From Vicugna vicugna (lineage: Eukaryota), in NCBI GenBank assembly GCA_013265495.1, contig MU062019.1, forward strand, positions 310,001 through 374,000: a stretch of DNA of 64,000 nt. The letters run 5' to 3'. Below the pieces are notes generated by a model that saw only the letters and a list, made by a program, of their open reading frames with translations, made no database searches and had not been told where the DNA came from. Each line of letters begins with the position of its first letter. Position 1 is the stretch's first letter. Shown here piece by piece: positions 59,601-64,000 of the stretch. Both the position numbers and the translations under genes were made by a program.

Positions 59601-62600
59601 TTTATCAGCACATACCTGCATTTGCCAAGGCAGGGATTCATTCCATGTACACGTCTGTTTTTTAAGATCGATGCATGTGTGCAGTTATAAAACCTCGACC
59701 CCCGTCGTTTGCTTGTTCCTCGTCTATGATCACGAGGCCTGGGTCCTAGTGGAAGCCGCCGAGGTCTCCCAGCTCAGCTCTAAACACCCAGGGCGTCCAC
59801 GTGGCGCGTGTCTCGCAGCCGAAGGCTACTCTGACTTCGTGTCCTGCCGCCCCTGCGGCTGTCACAGAGCTGCTCTGTTACATTTGGTGCAAAGAGGCTG
59901 ATTTTGCAGCTCGTTAGCTCCTCTGTCCTCTCCTTGAAGGAGGAGCTCTGGGATTTGTATACCTGGCCTTTCAGCACACGTTTTACCAGCCTTGTTAAGT
60001 GATGCAAGCAAGGAACTGTGTTTTCTGAGTAAATCGCCCAGGTTCTTGATGCTTACACCTTCGTGGTCTAAACTCTTGTTTTAGTAACAAAGTTTTTAAA
60101 GGCTTCATGTTCCTACTTGAACACTCTTTCTGCGCCAGGCATTTTGCTGGGTCAGTCAAGGCACAGCCGCAAGCTGTCACAGGCCGACAGGCTGCTCCCC
60201 GTGGGGCTGACACGCCCCCTGTGTCACCTCTCCCGGGCCGGGCGCTGCTGAGCCCGAACCTCACTAAGCCAGAGCCCCTCTGCTTCCCGCCCTGGGTGAG
60301 ACCCTGCCACTCCTGCCTCTGTCCCCACAGCCACTATCCCACGGTCTCGGAGGCCCTGCCAGGCCAGATGAGTGCTCTCTGAGCCCTGCCCCATCTCTCT
60401 GCACGCCTGTGGCTGGGGTCACCGTTTCCCTTTCCTGCACTGTCCTTGTCACCGGCTCTGGCACAGTCCTCTGGGACATATGTCCTCCACCTGTCTGCCC
60501 TTTAATTCTTCGTATGAACCCTCCTGTCCACCTGACGACACAGGCCCTGTGCCCAAGCCTGCCTTTCCATCCAGACGTCCAGAGGAAACGTCAGTCCAGA
60601 GGGTGACGTGGAAAGATGACCTGTGGGGCCAGCTCCATCTCCCTGGGCGGGCTCAAGGCCACTGTCGGCCCACACCTGCACCTTGATTTCACACTTATGA
60701 GTTGAATCTCCTCACCCCCTCGGGGAACAACGCAGAGGCTTCCCTGTTCCCTCACTTCTGGGAGGTGCACCGCCTCACAATTTTCAAGAATGTTCTATCA
60801 AGTCTGACTTCCCTTATCTTGATTTCCCTGAAACAGTCTGTTTCCTTGTTTTTTTCCGTGTAATGAGATGTTTCTCTTCCCACTCCAAGTGACAGCACTG
60901 ACGGTCACCAAGGTGATGTGTATCTAAAAGCCAAACTCTAAGACTTCTCGGTGCTCTGGGGTCAACTTCGATGTCGTGAGTCATTGAAGGAGACTAGGAA
61001 CACACTCCCAACCTTGTTTTGGTGGCTGGTGACATGACTACCCTGTTCAGGAGTGCGCCGGATTAATCTGTGCTTGGTTCATTTAGCAGGAGCGCAGTGA
61101 GTACGCGGGATGTATTAAGTAGTTTAGTGTGCCTAAAACTTCATTTAGCCCCTTTTTATATTATCTTCAAGATGGTCTTGATCTTATATGATCCGGCACG
61201 TCAGGTCACTCGTCCTGTTCCCTGAAAAGAAGGGCAGAGCGTAGTGCCCACATCCGCAGGGGTCACCAGCCTTCTCCCCAGCAGTGGCCCGGCTCTCCGC
61301 GGGGAAGCGCAGCGGTAGGAGGAACGACAGACCGGATGTCCTTCTTTATCAGCAGGGCTGTCTCCAGGGCAGCGGAGAGGGAGGACCAGGAGTGACTGCC
61401 AGCACAAACCAGGTCAGACGTTAGCAACAGTGGGCGCTTAGTGACGGGCGGGCCAGGTCACCGGGGCACCGGTGCTCAGCGAGGCATGAGTGTCCCCAAC
61501 CAGGACCAGACCGAACTGGGTCAAAGCTGTTCACACCCACAGTCTGTCATGGACCACCAGGGCCAGGGCCTAGGGTCCAAGACGTGAACTTTGTCCTGTT
61601 GCTCTGGGTAAGCCATAGCCTGTGTCTACTCAAGGAGGTAAAGACTGGACACGCAGGAATGACCTGCTCTGGGGAGGGGAAGGCTCTTGCTGGCGGGTCC
61701 AGGGCTCCCCGGCCCCAGAGGAGGGCCACTCTGACGCTGGCCACCGCTCCGCAGCCTGAGCCTCTGTGGGACCCAGTATGCATTCTCACCCTGTTCTTAT
61801 CGGGTCCTCCTCACAGCCAGCTCAAGTTTCAGATGCTGCAGTGAGGTGGAGAGCAAAGCCAGGTTCTAACTGCGAAGGCTCATGTGGAGAATCCTTGATG
61901 CCCCGCCTGCCAGGTCACCAGGGAAGGGACCGAGCGTCGGCTTAGCAGAACGTGGGCGCCGGCTCATCGTGTTGTGTAACTGGGGAGGCTGGTGTAACCA
62001 GGGCAGAGGTGCGGGGGCCAGGGGCCAGGTTTGCTGCTGCGTGGGTTCAGGCTGGGACTTACTCGGTCGGGCTCCCTGGCTCTGGTGGGTCCTGCGTCAG
62101 AGACCACCGACCGGCTCAGTCCCCTGCAGCTGCCCCACTGGAAACAGGCTGGGTGGTAGCCCTGGAGAGGAGCCAGGTTGAGTGGGGACTGCTGTCCCTC
62201 CAGCCAGGGCCCCCTCACCGCCTCCAGCTGCAGCTTGTCGCCTGGGCTGTGAAGTTCAGAGATAGTTCTGATTAACCAGGTGACATTGAGAAACCACTCT
62301 GAGCCTCACTTTCTCATCTGAGACTTGGGGTCACACTTCCATGTACGCCTGAGTTGGAGTCAGCTGATGCCGTGAGGAGCCGACACGTCACGGCCAGGGC
62401 AGCTGCTCAGATGCCCCCGTCACCAGGCACTAGCGTGACGCCCGCTGGATGTGCTTCAGACCAAATTCTTGCTGACGCTGTAGGTAAAAGTGTACTGGTA
62501 CCAACTCCAAACGGTAAGGCTGGGGCGGGGGAAAGGCCTTCCTCAGATGCCAGCAGGGTGTCCGTCCAAGAACCCAGCTCAATTCGGACACCATCTGCCC

Positions 62601-62744
62601 AGAGACAGCATCAGATTAAGGACTCAGCCCCACCAGACTGTCCCCTCCCCACCCACTGCACCTCAGACACCAGTCGCAAGTCCAGGTTGGTGCCTTTGTT
62701 CATAAGGAATTCCAGTCTGATTGGGAAAATGAAGCGTAGATGAC

Positions 62745-62860
62745 TCTGTGTGTGGGGTGTGTGTGTGTAATATGTGTATATATACACATGCGTGTGTGTG
62801 GGTGTGCCTAGTGTGCACACACACTAAGTATATACACGTGTGTGACACGCATGTAAGTAT
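62745..62860. repeat. Degenerate (TG)/(TA)/(CA) microsatellite
   Basis: Seen directly. Confidence 0.85.
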
Positions 62861-62924
62861 CCTTAGTGTGTGGCCCCCAGACCACGCTGAAGAGGCAAAG
62901 ACCACATGCCTGCGCCGAACCCTG

Positions 62925-63045
62925 GCTCTGAGCCCTGGGGCTGCTCTCTCGTCTGTGTCTCCTTGTCTGCAAATTGAGGAAACCAGGGTTTTCTGAGGAT
63001 TGAGTGAGGTGATATTTGTAAGGCAGAATATGTTTGCTAAGTCAC
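62925..63045. mobile_element. MIR fragment
   Basis: ctctgagcc...tctgcaaattgagg...tgaggattgagtgaggtgatatttgtaaggc is MIR-like. Confidence 0.55.
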
Positions 63046-63818
63046 TGTGGACGTAAGGAGCTTCTTGGCTGTTTCTCGTTTGGCCCTCATTTACTGCTTC
63101 TCCCTGGTTGCGAGGTAACCAACACTTCCCGGTGTGAGATTTTTCCCTCACAAAGTCAAGTCTTGACTTGGCTTCGCTGTCATGGCTCTTTTCCTGTGTT
63201 AGTTCTCTTTTATGGTGAGTTTCTGAGTTGCTTCTCTGATAAACGTGGAACTCACTCCAAAGTGCCAAGCGACTGAGTGCTTGTTCTCGCAGCGTCCGTG
63301 GTGGCGACGTTCGGCTGTTCCTTGCGTATCCTGAGCTCCCAAAGCGGGCTGACGCTCTAGTGCCAGTGTCTGGCGTTTACAGTCCCGTCTTAGCCTTTCT
63401 GTGCACGTGTAACGATGTGTGTCTGTGCCTGTTTCTGTATCTCTGTTCAGCTACCCCACGGCCTCAAGAAATCTTCTTAGGTTTCCAGCCCTAAAGCCCA
63501 CGTTTGCAGAATACAGCTCTCATTAGCTTATTGGCTTTGATGCCCGGACCATTCCTTCTCAAATGGTCACTGCAAGGGACGTCGAGTGTTCTGGTGAAAC
63601 AGATGCAGTAGTGGTTGTGCTTTAAATTTTCTGTGTAATTCGTCTGTTTCTTGGAGATCACGTACATGGTTTTTAACAGTCCTCAGCCACTGGATTTCTT
63701 TCTTTTAGGTGCAAACATGAACGTTCTGTCATTTATGTGCCCCTCAAACCTCTCCTTGAAAACTTTGTTTTTCTTTAAGGAACGTCAAAGATGTTTTACT
63801 CCTCTGCTCCGTTTCCAG

Positions 63819-63963
63819 GCCCCTGACATTCATGGGGTCGCAGACGAAGAAGGTCCTGCTGGCTCCCCTGAAGCATCCCGCTCGCCCCTTCCGGGTGTCC
63901 AGCCACGACCGCAGCAGCCGGCGCGGGCTGATGGCAGGCAGCCTGGGCGAGCTCCTCAGCAAG
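63819..63963 (+). CDS. CIDEA: CIDEA exon 2 (145 nt), start of the CIDE-N domain; gene continues past the window
   Basis: Acceptor ctccgtttccag; (R)PLTFMGSQTKKVLLAPLKHPARPFRVSSHDRSSRRGLMAGSLGELLSK; donor AAG|gtagcg. Confidence 0.95.
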
Positions 63964-64000
63964 GTAGCGCCCGCGGCGCGGCCCGCGGCTCCCTGGGCCC

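Noticed and set aside
1-64000. CRISPR arrays, prokaryotic operons, rRNA/tRNA genes or a new multi-gene system
   Set aside because: The sequence is intron-containing mammalian DNA; no regularly spaced repeat-spacer array or structural RNA gene was seen, and recognisable coding content is explained by IMPA2 and CIDEA.

Overview
Mammalian genomic DNA, very probably a camelid (two vic-1-like tRNA-derived SINEs and camelid-type L1 3' ends). The window holds the complete 8-exon IMPA2 gene (inositol monophosphatase 2; + strand; CDS join 19822-19917, 28626-28759, 33185-33289, 35277-35322, 37086-37194, 45700-45808, 46341-46492, 47506-47621 = 867 nt, 288 aa, catalytic motifs intact) and the first two coding exons of CIDEA (+ strand; 57105-57142 and 63819-63963, joined by a GC-AG intron; the gene runs off the right edge). 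A CpG island at the left edge is probably the MPPE1 promoter on the - strand (synteny inference only). The rest is a decayed ERV1-like provirus (about 2.3-8.8 kb), MaLR/L1/MIR/hAT fragments, microsatellites, a 407-bp-period tandem duplication at a VNTR, and two N-gaps. Nearly all ORFs in the supplied track are chance ORFs in GC-rich non-coding DNA. I found no convincing new biological system. The best leads are small regulatory ones: a perfect 19-bp inverted repeat sitting on a cryptic in-frame splice acceptor in IMPA2 intron 2, a cluster of antisense splice sites in intron 5, a uORF whose stop overlaps the IMPA2 AUG, an in-frame alternative acceptor at exon 3, and several CIDE-N substitutions. 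Homology calls are from recalled sequences, not from searches.
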